The notes under the pieces: generated by a model
Told to the model about the DNA's origin: nothing
Databases searched by the model: none
Seen by the model: the letters and a program-made list of their open reading frames with translations, nothing else
From: Pecten maximus
Taxonomy: Eukaryota
Assembly: GCF_902652985.1 (NCBI RefSeq)
Contig: NC_047022.1
Coordinates: 40,176,001 to 40,240,000, forward strand
Direction: 5' to 3'
DNA length: 64,000 bases
Program-made: the position numbers and the translations under genes
Part shown: positions 1 to 13,951 of the stretch, piece by piece
How positions within the stretch are numbered: position 1 is the first letter of the stretch
How the letters are laid out: each line of letters begins with the position of its first letter

Positions 1-3000
1 GTCACTAGTGATATACAGTACTAATCTCTATACTGACTGTCACTAGTGATATACAGTACTAATCTCTATACTGACTGTCACTAGTGATATACAGTACTAA
101 TCTCTATACTGAGTGACTGTCACTAGTGATAGACAGTACTAATCTCTATACTGAGTGACTGTCACTAGTGATATACAGTACTAATCTCTATACTGACTGT
201 CACTAGTGATATACAGTACTAATCTCTATACTGACTGTCACTAGTGATATACAGTACTGATCTCTATACTGACTGTCATTAGTGATATACAGTACTAATC
301 TCTATACTGAGTGACTGTCACTAGTGATATACAGTACTAATCTCTATACTGACTGTAACTAATGATATACAGTACTAATCTCTATACTGAGTGACTGTCA
401 CTAGTGATATACAGTACTAATCTCTATACTGAGTGACTGTCACTAGTGATATACAGTACTGATCTCTATACTGACTGTCACTAGTGATATACAGTACTAA
501 TCTCTATACTGAGTGACTGTCACTAGTGATATACAGTACTAATCTCTATACTGAGTGACTGTCACTAGTGATATACAGTACTAATCTCTATACTGACTGT
601 CACTAGTGCTATACAGTACTGATCTCTATACTGACTGTCACTAGTGATATACAGTACTAATCTCTATACTGAGTGACTGTCACTAGTGATATACAGTACT
701 GATCTCTATACTGACTGTCACTAGTGATATACAGTACTAATCTCTATACTGACTGTCACTAGTGATATACAGTACTAATCTCTATACTGACTGTCACTAG
801 TGATATACAGTACTAATCTCTATACTGAGTGACTGTCACTAGTGATATACAGTACCAATCTCTATACTGACTGTCACTAGTGATATACAGTACTAATCTC
901 TATACTGACTGTCACTAGTGATATACAGTACTAATCTCTATACTGAGTGACTGTCACTAGTGATATACAGTACTAATCTCTATACTGACTGTCACTAGTG
1001 ATATACAGTACTAATCTCTATACTGAGTGACTGTCACTAGTGATATACAGTACTAATCTCTATACTGACTGTCACTAGTGATATACAGTACTAATCTCTA
1101 TACTGAGTGACTGTCACTAGTGATATACAGTACTAATCTCTATACTGAGTGACTGTCACTAGTGATATACAGTACTAATCTCTATACTGAGTGACTGTCA
1201 CTAGTAATATACAGTACTAATCTCTATACTGAGTGACTGTCACTAGTGATATACAGTACTAATCTCTATACTGACTGTCACTAGTGATATACAGTACTAA
1301 TCTCTATACTGACTGTCACTAGTGATATACAGTACTAATCTCTATACTGAGTGACTGTCACTAGTGATATACAGTACTAATCTCTATACTGAGTGACTGT
1401 CACTAGTGATATACAGTACTAATCTCTATACTGACTGTCACTAGTGATATACAGTACTAATCTCTATACTGAGTGACTGTCACTAGTGATATACAGTACT
1501 AATCTCTATACTGACTGTCACTAGTGATATACAGTACTAATCTCTATACTGACTGTCACTAGTGATATACAGTACTAATCTCTATACTGAGTGACTGTCA
1601 CTAGTGATATACAGTACTAATCTCTATACTGACTGTCACTAGTGATATACAGTACTAATCTCTATACTGACTGTCACTAGTGATATACAGTACTAATCTC
1701 TATACTGAGTGACTGTCACTAGTGATATACAGTACTAATCTCTATACTGAGTGTCACTAGTGATATACAGTACTAATCTCTATACTGACTGTCACTAGTG
1801 ATATACAGTACTAATCTCTATACTGAGTGACTGTCACTAGTGATATACAGTACTAATCTCTATACTGACTGTCACTAGTGATATACAGTACTAATCTCTA
1901 TACTGACTGTCACTAGTGATATACAGTACTAATCTCTATACTGAGTGACTGTCACTAGTGATAGACAGTACTAATCTCTATACTGACTGTCACTAGTGAT
2001 ATACAGTACTAATCTCTATACTGACTGTCACTAGTGATATACAGTACTGATCTCTATACTGACTGTCACTAGTGATATACAGTACTAATCTCTATACTGA
2101 CTGTCACTAGTGATATACAGTACTAATCTCTATACTGAGTGACTGTCACTTAAGTGATATACAGTACTAATCTCTATACTGACTGTCACTAGTGATATAC
2201 AGTACTGATCTCTATACTGAGTGACTGTCACTAGTGATATACAGTACTAATCTCTATACTGACTGTCACTAGTGATATACAGTACTAATCTCTATACTGA
2301 CTGTCACTAGTGATATACAGTACTAATCTCTATACTGACTGTCACTAGTGATATACAGTACTAATCTCTATACTGACTGTCACTAGTGATATACAGTACT
2401 AATCTCTATACTGAGTGACTGTCACTAGTGATATACAGTACTAATCTCTATACTGACTGTCACTAGTGATATACAGTACTAATCTCTATACTGAGTGACT
2501 GTCACTAGTGATATACAGTACTAATCTCTATACTGAGTGACTGTCACTAGTGATATACAGTACTAATCTCTATACTGACTGTCACTAGTGATATACAGTA
2601 CTAATCTCTATACTGAGTGACTGTCACTAGTGATATACAGTACTAATCTCTATACTGAGTGACTGTCACTAGTGATATACAGTACTAATCTCTATACCGA
2701 GTGACTGTCACTAGTGATATACAGTACTAATCTCTATACTGACTGTCACTAGTGATATACAGTACTGATCTCTATACTGACTGTCACTAGTGATATACAG
2801 TACTAATCTCTTTACTGACTGTCACTAGTGATATACAGTACTAATCTCTATACTGAGTGACTGTCACTAGTGATATACAGTACTAATCTCTATACTGAGT
2901 GTCACTAGTGATATACAGTACTAATCTCTATACTGAGTGTCACTAGTGATATACAGTACTAATCTCTATACTGACTGTCACTAGTGATATACAGTACTGA

Positions 3001-3706
3001 TCTCTATACTGAGTGACTGTCACTAGTGATATACAGTACTAATCTCTATACTGATTGACTGTCACTAGTGATATACAGTACTAATCTCTATACTGAGTGT
3101 CACTAGTGATATACAGTACTAATCTCTATACTGAGTGTCACTAGTGATATACAGTACTAATCTCTATACTGACTGTCACTAGTGATATACAGTACTAATC
3201 TCTATACTGAGTGACTGTCACTAGTGATATACAGTACTAATCTCTATACTGAGTGTCACTAGTGATATACAGTACTAATCTCTATACTGACTGTCACTAG
3301 TGATATACAGTACTAATCTCTATACTGAGTGACTGTCACTAGTGATATACAGTACTAATCTCTATACTGAGTGTCACTAGTGATATACAGTACTAATCTC
3401 TATACTGAGTGTCACTAGTGATATACAGTACTAATCTCTATACTGACTGTCACTAGTGATATACAGTACTGATCTCTATACTGAGTGACTGTCACTAGTG
3501 ATATACAGTACTAATCTCTATACTGAGTGACTGTCACTAGTGATATACAGTACTAATCTCTATACTGACTGTCACTAGTGATATACAGTACTGATCTCTA
3601 TACTGACTGTCACTAGTGATATACAGTACTAATCTCTATACTGACTGTCACTAGTGATATACAGTACTAATCTCTATACTGAGTGACTGTCACTAGTGAT
3701 ATACAG
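1..3706. repeat. Minisatellite, 38/42-bp unit GTCACTAGTGATATACAGTACTAATCTCTATACT(GAGT)GACT, roughly 90-95 copies, cut by window start
   Basis: Directly visible tandem unit; length variants differ by a GAGT insertion. Probably lies in the intron upstream of the Srrm2/3/4 last exon. Confidence 0.97.
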
Positions 3707-4029
3707 AACAGTACATAGTACCAGCCATTAGATGAGTCGTGCTCTGCAAGTCGAATGAAAGTAATAAAGTATTGAGTAAACAAAGGTTTATTTCAGTTGA
3801 ATCTGAATTTTTTTTTAAAAAGATGATAAATTCATATTATTATTTCATTCTGAAATTGATAATGAAAAGTATACAATTCAATATAAATCACAGGGATTTG
3901 GCACAATTTAATTCTGACCCTATGATTATCAAAATAAGGAAAAGTACAAAATTCAAGATACACTGTAGAGCACAGGGGTTTGGCACCATCAAATTATGTA
4001 ATACTGAAAAATAATGCAAAGCATAAAAT

Positions 4030-4124
4030 TCAGGATCTTGGAACCAATTCTGAACCCATGGTCCCTAGCATATATTATCATGATATATATGGACCGTGGG
4101 TTGAGAATTTGTGTCAGGTCCCTG
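4030..4124. repeat. Imperfect inverted repeat, probable decayed MITE
   Basis: CAGGATCTTGGAACCAATTCTGAACCCATGGTCC pairs imperfectly with GGACCGTGGGTTGAGAATTTGTGTCAGGTCCCTG around an AT-rich spacer. Confidence 0.45.
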
Positions 4125-5297
4125 AGGGATCAATGGGATAATACACGCCACTAAATATGTTTCTGCATGCTTCCCTATACAACAGTTTGAGTTGAAATTG
4201 TTTTACTAACTTTTATTAAAGGTTTATCTTTTGTGTGCTTGAAAAATATAGATGGATTTAATTTATTGACAACTTTTCTCATAGCTGTTTCAAGCGGTAG
4301 TGCTATAACTATCAGTAGTGCTAGAAACCATAGTCCTTCTATATAATCTGTAGGACATATTTCTGAGGTTAGATTGAAAAATGTCGCCCTGCTGAAGATA
4401 ATGTAGAAATAATCAATATCAATACAACCCAGTACACCAACTCACAAAGGAAAAAAAAAGATTCCACAAGCTGTAGTGAAGATCATGCATGCCTCTTTAA
4501 ATTCTATGTTACTCTGCATTCTAGTTTTGCTTATCAAATAAAAATTTGTATGTGCATGTTTTCTGTATACATGTGTCTATCATAAAAAGGCATGTTGATG
4601 TATTTTACCAAATTGCTGAGTATGTGTAGAAGAAATAAGATGTGTCATATTTCATAAGCATATTCATTGGGAGATTTGGAAGTGCTACTTCTGTGTGTAG
4701 AATTGGAGACAGGGGCCAAACCAAGGACTGTTTATTAAATTCTCTGTTATAATGAGTTAAAAAGATAATATTCAGTCAGGAACAATACAGTACAACATTA
4801 AGGAAAGAAGTGATAGGATTGTGGTCAGAGCTAGTGATGAAGTACCAGATCACATGTCCAACTTAAGGCTGTATGCTACCTTTAATCATCACACTGTATG
4901 CATTTCCTATGAAAACAATTGTAACAATCCAAAAACTCTGCAGCAGTTTTATAATAAATAGCAATCAGAACTACATCAATGCTTTTTATTACTAATGATA
5001 ATACTAAGATTTGTTAGATCTCATTCAAGGGAGATAAATCTAATTTGTATCTTTTACATATTTATATCGTGCTGTATAAACATTAGACTAGCTGCTGATA
5101 TATATTGATTTCCTATGGATTCTATGCAGTCTTATAATGTGGAAATATTTTAAAACTATTTTTGTTGTTTTTATGGGTAAACAATTTGAAAGCTTTTTGG
5201 TATTCTTAAAAAAAAATGAAAAAAGTTAAAAACAAAATTGTATTGAAATATGTTTTTCCGAATCTTTCATTTATTATTTCATTCTTCTCTATTTTAG

Positions 5298-5463
5298 TGC
5301 CAGAAAACGTCCTGTACCATACTACCGGCCTGCTCCCCCCTCCCCGAGCTCTGTGAGCAGTTATGACTCGTACTACAGATACAGTCGCTCACGCAGTAGA
5401 TCCAGACCCCGGTATCGCTCACGCAGCAGGAGTTTCTCACGAACACGGCGACACAAGAGCTAA
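5298..5463 (+). CDS. SRRM2/3/4: Terminal coding exon of an Srrm2/3/4-family splicing factor (C-terminal eMIC domain + RS tail); upstream exons lie outside the window
   Basis: Long pyrimidine tract ending TTTTAG at 5297, then (phase 2) T-GCC-AGA...: ARKRPVPYYRPAPPSPSSVSSYDSYYRYSRSRSRSRPRYRSRSRSFSRTRRHKS*. Matches the recalled SRRM3/SRRM4 motif ITSARKRPIPYYRPSPS followed by RS repeats. Not in the ORF track because it has no ATG. Confidence 0.88.
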
Positions 5464-6040
5464 CGCCTGGCATTTATCTGTTTAACTCAAACTCAATAAT
5501 GATGAAACAAGGAATATTTCATAAATAATTATAAGTTATTCTGTGTACTTAAATTATAACAATGTTTAGAAGTTATGATTATATGAATATTTATATCTAT
5601 AGATATGATTATTCAATAGTTATAATTACAGTTGTATAACAATGTTTCATAGTTTATGATAATAAGAATATTTCATAGTTCCAATGATAAGAATGTTTTA
5701 TAATTATGAAAATATCTCATAGTTATACTTACAATTTTTTAATAATTATAAGAATATGAAATGATTATATAAACTATAGTATACTGGAAGTAGTTGTGAT
5801 TCTCGGACAGTTATAGGTGCAATATTGATAAATGATAAGTTTTATAGTAATCTGATGTACTAACCATTGTACGATATTGATTACCAAATTACCTAGCTGG
5901 TATCATGTTTAAAAGAAGTTGTAATTATCATATTTATACAAAGTTCAATTTTCTGTCCTCATAGCCATTACAGAGTTTACTACCCACAGAGACATGGTAT
6001 TGAGAATGTTTCTAGAGTCACAACTGGTAGTCATGATTGT

Positions 6041-6247
6041 AATAAAAAATGGTGATTTAAGAATATTTAAATACAAAACTCAGATGAATCGCAAGTTGTA
6101 ATATTTTGGAGTGAGGTATGTTTTTTTTATATTTATTTAAATAAATCCATTGGTTTGATGTGCAATACGTAATTTTATTGAATTATTTATTTGATTGTTT
6201 ATTTATTTATTTTAACATCATGTAGTGATATTGGTGTTGATATTAAA
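6041..6247 (+). promoter_or_regulatory. Candidate polyadenylation signals for the Srrm2/3/4 transcript
   Basis: AATAAA at 6041 and 6140, ATTAAA at 6242, followed by T/GT-rich sequence. Weak evidence in AT-rich DNA. Confidence 0.4.
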
Positions 6248-7025
6248 GTACATTGTATATAGCATTGTTCATGTAGTGATACATGTACTTAGAATTTTAT
6301 GGATAGTAAACAGAAAATGCCATTTGCATTGTTTTTAATGTCAAATGGATATTGTGTTTATAAAAAAAAATTGTGGTTGAATTTTTATTTACTGGTAGCT
6401 GTCAAACACATAATCATTATGACAAGTTTTGATAGATATTTTTTTTGAAAACCTCTGTATCAGATTGGAATTTGTATATTTGGAAAAAAGAATCTTTTGC
6501 ATTGTATCAACGGACAGGTACATTGTAGAGTAGGAATTCACAATTGATTTCTCAGTCCGGTCAGTACAATGTTCAGTTGGCTATCAAGTACACGCAAGAT
6601 GTATAAAACTTACAAATACTGTAAAATCACAATTCACATATTTTCGTGGGTTTCAAACTTAGTGTTTTTCAAATTGGTACGACTTGTTTGATAGTAATTT
6701 TAAAATCTACTAGTCCATTCGCTATAATTATACCTATATTATCATGTACCTTTTTGTCATGTTTTAAACATGTTGATATTGTAACTCGTGTACATTTGAT
6801 TACAAGCATGAAGAGAACCCACAAAATCAACGAAAATATAACCCCAGGAAAGTTAATGATTTAACAGTAACAAAGTAAATGGCATCACATATTACTCATT
6901 CCAAAGAACGTCCTGTCATTTTCTTGTTGTTTGTTCATGTTATATTTCTACATTCCATATTGAACTCGAGCAGACATATTACTGTAAGAGTGTTACGTGT
7001 ATAAACACATACTTATCGTGTAAGT

Positions 7026-7490
7026 TAAATAGAGGTTACACAACGAGTGGTTGTTGGATATGGAATTTATTTCACACGAGTAAGTTATTTTTTAAAAGTT
7101 ACAAAAGACACAAGCTTTAGCGAGTGTTTTTTGCAACTTTTAAAAAATAATTTACGAGTTATTTTTTAAAAGTTACAAAAGACTCTAGCTTTAGCGAGTG
7201 TTTTTTGCAACTTTTAAAAAATAATTTACGAGTGTGAAGTAAATTCCATATCCAACAATTTCGAGTTGTGTGACCTGTTTCTACCACAATAATATCGGCT
7301 TGAATCAAAGGGAAACGTGGCCAAGTATAATTTCGCGTATGCAAATAAAGTGTACCGGTGACGTCCGGGACCCGGTGATGTGACGTCATTAGATTATTGA
7401 TGACGTCAATAACAACTGCAGCTTGGGTCAAAGTTCACCGTGTTAGCCAATCAAAATGCGTACAGAGTTTATACCACGTGTGGTATAAAC
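7026..7490. mobile_element. Foldback non-autonomous DNA element (Crypton-like, tentative)
   Basis: Long inverted repeat 7030-7090 vs 7215-7282 (TTGTTGGATATGGAATTTATTTCACAC / GTGTGAAGTAAATTCCATATCCAACAA); 74-bp tandem duplication of the central hairpin (7084, 7158); terminal palindrome TTATACCACGTGTGGTATAA near 7469-7488. No TSD seen. Confidence 0.55.
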
Positions 7491-7561
7491 AGATTGCTAA
7501 TCAACAGCTGTAATGGTTAACTGATGGTCTGAGAGTTGAATAACACAGGGTATTGTGGTAG

Positions 7562-9007
7562 AATCAGATATATCCCGTTTATGTGATGGGGTTATCTTGT
7601 AAGTTAATCAGAGATATATCCCGTTTATGTGATGGGGTTATCGTGTAAGTTAATCAGAGATATATCCTGTTTATGTGATGGGGTTATCGTGTAAGTTAAT
7701 CAGAGATATATCCCGTTTATGTGATGGGGTTATCGTATAAGTTAATCAGAGATATGTCCCGTTTATGTGATGGGGTTATCGTGTAAGTTAATCAGAGATA
7801 TATCCCGTTTATGTGATGGGGTTATCGTGTAAGTTAATCAGAGATATATCCCGTTTATGTGATGGGGTTATCGTGTAAGTTAATCAGAGATATCTCCCGT
7901 TTATGTGATGGGGTTATCGTGTAAGTTAATCAGAGATATCTCCCGTTTATGTGATGGGGTTATCGTGTAAGTTAATCAGAGATATCTCCCGTTTATGTGA
8001 TGGGGTTATCGTGTAAGTTAATCAGAGATATCTCCCGTTTATGTGATGGGGTTATCGTGTAAGTTAATCAGAGATATCTCCCGTTTATGTGATGGGGTTA
8101 TCGTGTAAGTTAATCAGAGATATGTCCCGTTTATGTGATGGGGTTATCGTGTAAGTTAATCAGAGATATCTCCCGTTTATGTGATGGGGTTATCGTGTAA
8201 GTTAATCAGAGATATCTCCCGTTTATGTGATGGGGTTATCGTGTAAGTTAATCAGAGATATATCCCGTTTATGTGATGGGGTTATCGTGTAAGTTAATCA
8301 GAGATATATCCCGTTTATGTGATGGGGTTATCGTGTAAGTTAATCAGAGATATATCCCGTTTATGTGATGGGGTTATCGTGTAAGTTAATCAGAGATATC
8401 TCCCGTTTATGTGATGGGGTTATTGTGTAAGTTAATCAGAGATATATCCCGTTTATGTGATGGGGTTATCCTGTAAGTTAATCAGAGATATATCCCGTTT
8501 ATGTGATGGGGTTATCGTGTAAGTTAATCAGATATGTCCCGTTTATGTGATGGGGTTATCGTGTAAGTTAATCAGAGATATATCCCGTTTATGTGATGGG
8601 GTTATCGTGTAAGTTAATCAGAGATATCTCCCGTTTATGTGATGGGGTTATCGTGTAAGTTAATCAGAGATATGTCCCGTTTATGTGATGGGGTTATCCT
8701 GTAAGTTAATCAGAGATATCTCCCGTTTATGTGATGGGGTTATCGTGTAAGTTAATCAGAGATATGTCCCGTTTATGTGATGGGGTTATCGTGTAAGTTA
8801 ATCAGAGATATATCCCGTTTATGTGATGGGGTTATTGTGTAAGTTAATCAGAGATATGTCCCGTTTATGTGATGGGGTTATCCTGTAAGTTAATCAGAGA
8901 TATGTCCCGTTTATGTGATGGGGTTATCGTGTAAGTTAATCAGAGATATCTCCCGTTTATGTGATGGGGTTATCGTGTAAGTTAATCAGATATATCCCGT
9001 TTATGTG
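7562..9007. repeat. Minisatellite, 46-bp unit AATCAGAGATATNTCCCGTTTATGTGATGGGGTTATCGTGTAAGTT, about 31 copies
   Basis: Directly visible, near-identical copies. Confidence 0.97.
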
Positions 9008-9235
9008 CTGGGAACAACTTCAGGATGATTTTGTACTGTATGTCCGCTACCATTCCACAGTGTTTGTGTTAATTAGAAATACTTGTACGTTGTTATCTAT
9101 TCTGTGGTATAGTAGTACACCAAATCGTAGGAACGGTGTAATGTCATTTACAATACTTTCCTGTCCTTTGTTTATTAAGGATAATGACTACCCGTAACAG
9201 AATCATCCCCAACCTTGAGAGTGTGACAGAGAAAT

Positions 9236-9362
9236 CCGACCACAGGGGCCAGACATTTGAGAATTATAAGGACCTACCACAGGGGCCAGACATTTGATAA
9301 CTATTAGGACCGACCACAGGGGTCAGACATTTAATAATTATATGGAGCGACCACAGGGGCCT
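9236..9362. repeat. Short tandem repeat, about 38-bp unit (GACCACAGGGGCCAGACATTT...), 3-4 copies
   Basis: Directly visible, diverged copies. Confidence 0.8.
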
Positions 9363-9493
9363 GACTAGTTATGATGATTTCATGGTTAATGTTAAAACTG
9401 ATAGAGACTTACCCGGGATTACTCATTGTGTACTGTAATTCCCTCTACAGATTATAGTTACACAAGAATGCATAATTATTTGGACAATACTGG

Positions 9494-9601
9494 CCTCCCC
9501 TCCCATCTCCTCCTCTCCTCTCCTCCCCACCCATCTCCTCCCCTCCCGTCCTCTCCACCTCCTCCCCTCCTCCCCTCCCTCCCCTCCCCTCCCCTCCTCC
9601 T
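9494..9601. repeat. Polypyrimidine (CCTCC)n low-complexity tract
   Basis: About 105 nt almost exclusively C/T. Confidence 0.9.
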
Positions 9602-10576
9602 GACACCCTGTACTGACGGTGGACTCATCTCACGGTGGTAAACAGAATGTCAGCAGACTTTGTATCCTTACAATTGTACTTAACATCCTCATCGCTTTCG
9701 TCCAATACTTGCAATTTGTGATTCCCGATTGTATATGGAAGATTTGTGATGTACAATGATTTGTGAATGTGTTGATATATGTTTAAACTTCTCTGTCCAG
9801 ACCTACTACAATGCCACATGATCAATGTTCTGTGGATGTAATTCATGTGCTTTACCTTATAAGGAAATGATGTTTGAACTTCCGATGTGTTATATGTGTA
9901 TCACCTTAAGTCATGTGATGCTGTGATGTCATAATAAATACGATGAAATAGACTGGCAATGTTTTTGTATATAAGAAGTGAAACATTTCATGTTTTACAT
10001 GTGGACACCTGGAGTCATATGTCTCCAGTGTTTGTTAATAAAATGATGATCACAAGTGAGTGCCTTATGGTTTTGTATTCTGTTTACAGATTGTATTACA
10101 TGGTACAATGTAGGACAACAGGTAGGTCTGTTTTTCCAGCTCGGACTGAAGATATCATTTCTACCTTACTACATCTATATCAGTCACAATGTATCTGAGC
10201 CATTTACATGCTGAACTAAAGGTCAGGGGAGACAATCCATACTTCCAATGCAGTCCTTGTGCCACAAAACCTAAATTATTTCATTAAACTAAATCAGAAA
10301 AAAACATCAATCCTTAATATACACTAAAATTAAAATTCTGGATTGCAACTATAATGGAATAAGTCATACTATTACATAATGAATTGAAATATGAAGTTTA
10401 AGTACTTGAATAATATGGCTGTGATATATATGCAAGACCCATTGAGACCATGCCTCTGAATGTATATGGTATTAAAGTCCACATTCACAGGTAAGGCCTG
10501 CAGGAAATGTTGGAAGCTGTTGGTGGTATCTACGGTGTTGATATGTACAGTCAAATCATCCTGTGTCCCCTTCACT

Positions 10577-10688
10577 CACAGATGCCGGACTCGTTTTATA
10601 AAACAATAACATATAAGAGTACATATAAATTTATATTTATATGTACTCTTATATGTTATTATTTTATAAAACGAGTCGGGCACCTGTG
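10577..10688. mobile_element. Palindromic MITE family A, copy 1 (112 bp, 7-bp TSD CTTCACT)
   Basis: CACAGATGCC...GGCACCTGTG near-complete hairpin; CTTCACT at 10570-10576 and 10689-10695. Confidence 0.88.
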
Positions 10689-10844
10689 CTTCACTATTTC
10701 CAAAATATCATCGACATACCGTTCACACAGACTAGGTTTGCATTCCACGGGGGCCGTGGCTATAACCTCCTTTTACAAGTGCTTCATTAATAAGTCAGCC
10801 ACAACCGGAAACACTTGGCTGTCCAAGAAAACGCCGCTGTTATG

Positions 10845-11470
10845 AGACACTCTTATGAGACACTTATTAGATACTATTGTAAGACACTTATTAGATACTA
10901 TTGTAAGACACTTTTATTGTATTATATACTATTGTAAGACACTTATTAGATACTATTGTAAGACACTTATTAGATACTATTGTAAGACACTTATTAGATA
11001 CTGTAAGACACTTTTATTGGACACTTATTAGATACTATTGTAAGACACTATTATAAGACACTTATTAGATACTATTGTAAGACACTTTTTAAAAGACACT
11101 ATTATAAGACACTTATTAGATACTATTGTAAGACACTATAATAAGACACTTATTAGATACTATTGTAAGACACTTATTAGATACTATTGTAAGACACTTT
11201 TTAAAAGACACTATAATAAGACACTTATTAGATACTATTGTAAGACACTTATTAGATACTATTGTAAGACACTTTTTAAAAGACACTATTATAAGACACT
11301 TATTAGATACTATTGTAAGACACTATTATAAGACACTTATTAGATACTATTGTAAGACACTATTATAAGACACTTATTAGATACTATTGTAAGACACTTT
11401 TTAAAAAAACACTATTATAAGACACTTATTAGATACTATTGTAAGACATTTTTTTAAGACACTATTATTA
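10845..11470. repeat. AT-rich compound minisatellite (AGACACTTATT / AGATACTATTGTA subunits, about 24-bp period)
   Basis: Directly visible. Confidence 0.92.
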
Positions 11471-12611
11471 AAAACTGTTAAGAACTTAGAACATATGACA
11501 AGACTGATTTTAGGAAAAAGTGTTTAGCCACAAAGACTTAGGTAAAAGATGTAGATTTCTGAAAAAAAAAACAGTTTAACTTTTTGTCTTCAAAGCATCC
11601 TTCTTACTATGACCATATGTCTTAATATTATTTATCACTTGGCCCTTTTGCTACAGTGGCTAGGACAATCACATGGAAATAAACATGGTCTCAGGACACC
11701 AGAAACTTGCCATATCCCCCAACCACATGCTTTAACTGTATATCAATACGAGCATAATGCCTCCCTTTATGTCAGATTTTTGTAATATTATTCACAACTA
11801 TTTTTATTTCAATTAAATGTCAAAATATAATTTAATTTGGTCAAATAAATGCCCTTATTGTGTGCTATAGACACTTGCGAGTATGACAGCATGCCTGGGT
11901 AATTTTCAGGTTTCATTATTTATGTGACTTATATATTTTATTTAGCTGTATCTTACCACAAAATAACTCTACAGGGGAAACTTTCAGTATCTACAGTAAA
12001 TTATTGATGATTCTGAGAAAGTACGCCTGGAGAAATACTGTGAAGTTAGTCTCAATTCTGTTTAATGTAGTGTAATATAGATTTAGTGTGATGATATATA
12101 ATGTACTGAATCTGTCAGTTGACATGCCACTTAGCTATATGACCTGTGTAAATGTATACTAGTATTGCTGGAAGCAATTAAGGTACAGTATATCTCGTTT
12201 CAAAGATTATTAGATCAATCATAGCCTCAGTTTATTTTACAGTTATTTGTCATTTTCATTGACTGCGCTTTCTCAATTATACAACATAGGAAATGTTATA
12301 TACCAACATAAACTTTTCATGTATCATAGAAAATGTACAATCTAATTAAAATATAGATTATCGTTAGACATGACAGATATATGTTAAACGCATACGTTGT
12401 ATGATGATGACTTGTATTTTAATAAGATCGAGAAAATGTATAAGTTTACCCTGTGGTACTTCATATGATAAAACATAGAAAATATAAACAAATTATTGAC
12501 ATAGTTACAACAGGTAATATTTTAAGGCCAACAAACTTAACATGGTATAGTAACACAATTTATGAAGGATTTTCTTTATATTCACAGGCTTAAAACTGTC
12601 TAGTGAAGAAA

Positions 12612-12690
12612 CAAGGGTCTAACCAGGATTCGAACTCATGACCTCCAATTTCAGATACTAGATTATCTGTCTATAGTCATCAGTATTCAT
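12612..12690 (-). mobile_element. tRNA-derived SINE head fragment
   Basis: Minus strand reads GGAGGTCATGAGTTCGAATCCTGGTTAGACC (B-box/T-arm-like); no complete cloverleaf. Confidence 0.4.
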
Positions 12691-12789
12691 ACCTGTCCCT
12701 ATGTACTGTTCTAGTCCTTCTCAGTCTCTGTTAAGACAATACTGTAATGACTATGGTACAAGAGGCCAGGAAGGTCTGTTACCTAGCTC

Positions 12790-13770
12790 CACGCACGAAG
12801 CTGGTTATAAAAAATCAAGTCTGAAATGTATTCGCATAAGTAATGACCTAATTAAAACAGAGAACAGAAAAAGGAGTTGTGGCATAAGGTGAAAAAGAAG
12901 AGCCAATTGGAGGAATTTAAGTAACCTACAATTAAGAGGCCCCATGGGCCCGTAACATCGTAAGAATATCAACAGAGAAAAAATTGATAGGAGGAGAGAT
13001 CTTAAAAGAAGTAACTTATAAAAAGCTGATATGTGTGTATATAAACACGGACCATCTTACCAACAAACTCACAGAATTTAATATAAGAGTAGACCAAATA
13101 AAGCCAGAAATGATAGGAATTACAGAAGTTAAGCAGAAATATTGCAGGTTCAAACCCAATCTAGCAGAATTAACTTAGATGATTATAATGCTTTCGACAA
13201 AATCATTGAAAACAACAAAGGAATAGGAATGATGCTGTATATCGATAACAGCCTTTATTGTAACATAGTGGAAACGAAAACGGAATTTGAAGAAGATATT
13301 TCATGTTGCAATAAACAACATGGACACATCATTGCTTGGATTAATACAGATCAGATTGTGAATCAATATAAAAAATGACCAGCATATGTAATCTTCTGGA
13401 GGGGGAAACAGGCCTGGGATACTCTCACCTCGTGGTTATGGGAGATCTTAACTATCCAGAAATAAATTGGGAAACCTACAAGAGCAAGGGGGATATCATG
13501 GATTCGCGGGAATTTGAATTTGTGTTATGTATGCAGGAGCTTTTTTTCCCCCAACATAAACCGTAAACTCACCAACTCGGTGGAGAGGAGTAGACACCTC
13601 AGATGTCCTGGGTCTTGTTATCATCAATGAGGAACACATGGTATCGAACATGGAGTTCCAAAGCCTTCTCGGTAAAAGTGATTATTGTGTACTAGTACTG
13701 GACTTTAGATGTTATACTATGATAATAAACACCAGGAAAACAGTGACCATTTACAATAAAGCCAACTATG
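12790..13770 (+). pseudogene. Decayed CR1-type LINE: end of ORF1 and APE endonuclease of ORF2
   Basis: Frameshifted pieces: IRISNDLIKTE, LICVYINTDHLTNKLTE...IGITEVK, GIGMMLYI, LVVMGDLNYPEINW, TRWRG..DVLGLV..NEE, LGKSDY. These are APE endonuclease motifs with stops and frameshifts. Confidence 0.85.
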
Positions 13771-13951
13771 TCATTGAAAACATCTTTATAAATTTATAGG
13801 AAAATGGTGTGCTTTTATATGAACTCATTAAGTGAGAACTGTGATATATTTCGTCTGTAAACGATCTACCAGTCTCGGTTAAATCAAGAATGTTTCTATT
13901 TACGGATAAGACAAGTTTCCAAAAGTATCTGGAAAGTTTGGAAGAATGGAA

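Noticed and set aside
1-9007. CRISPR-like regular arrays
   Set aside because: No unique spacers, no cas genes, eukaryotic context.
9426-9641. Proline-rich 71-aa ORF
   Set aside because: Translation of the (CCTCC)n tract.
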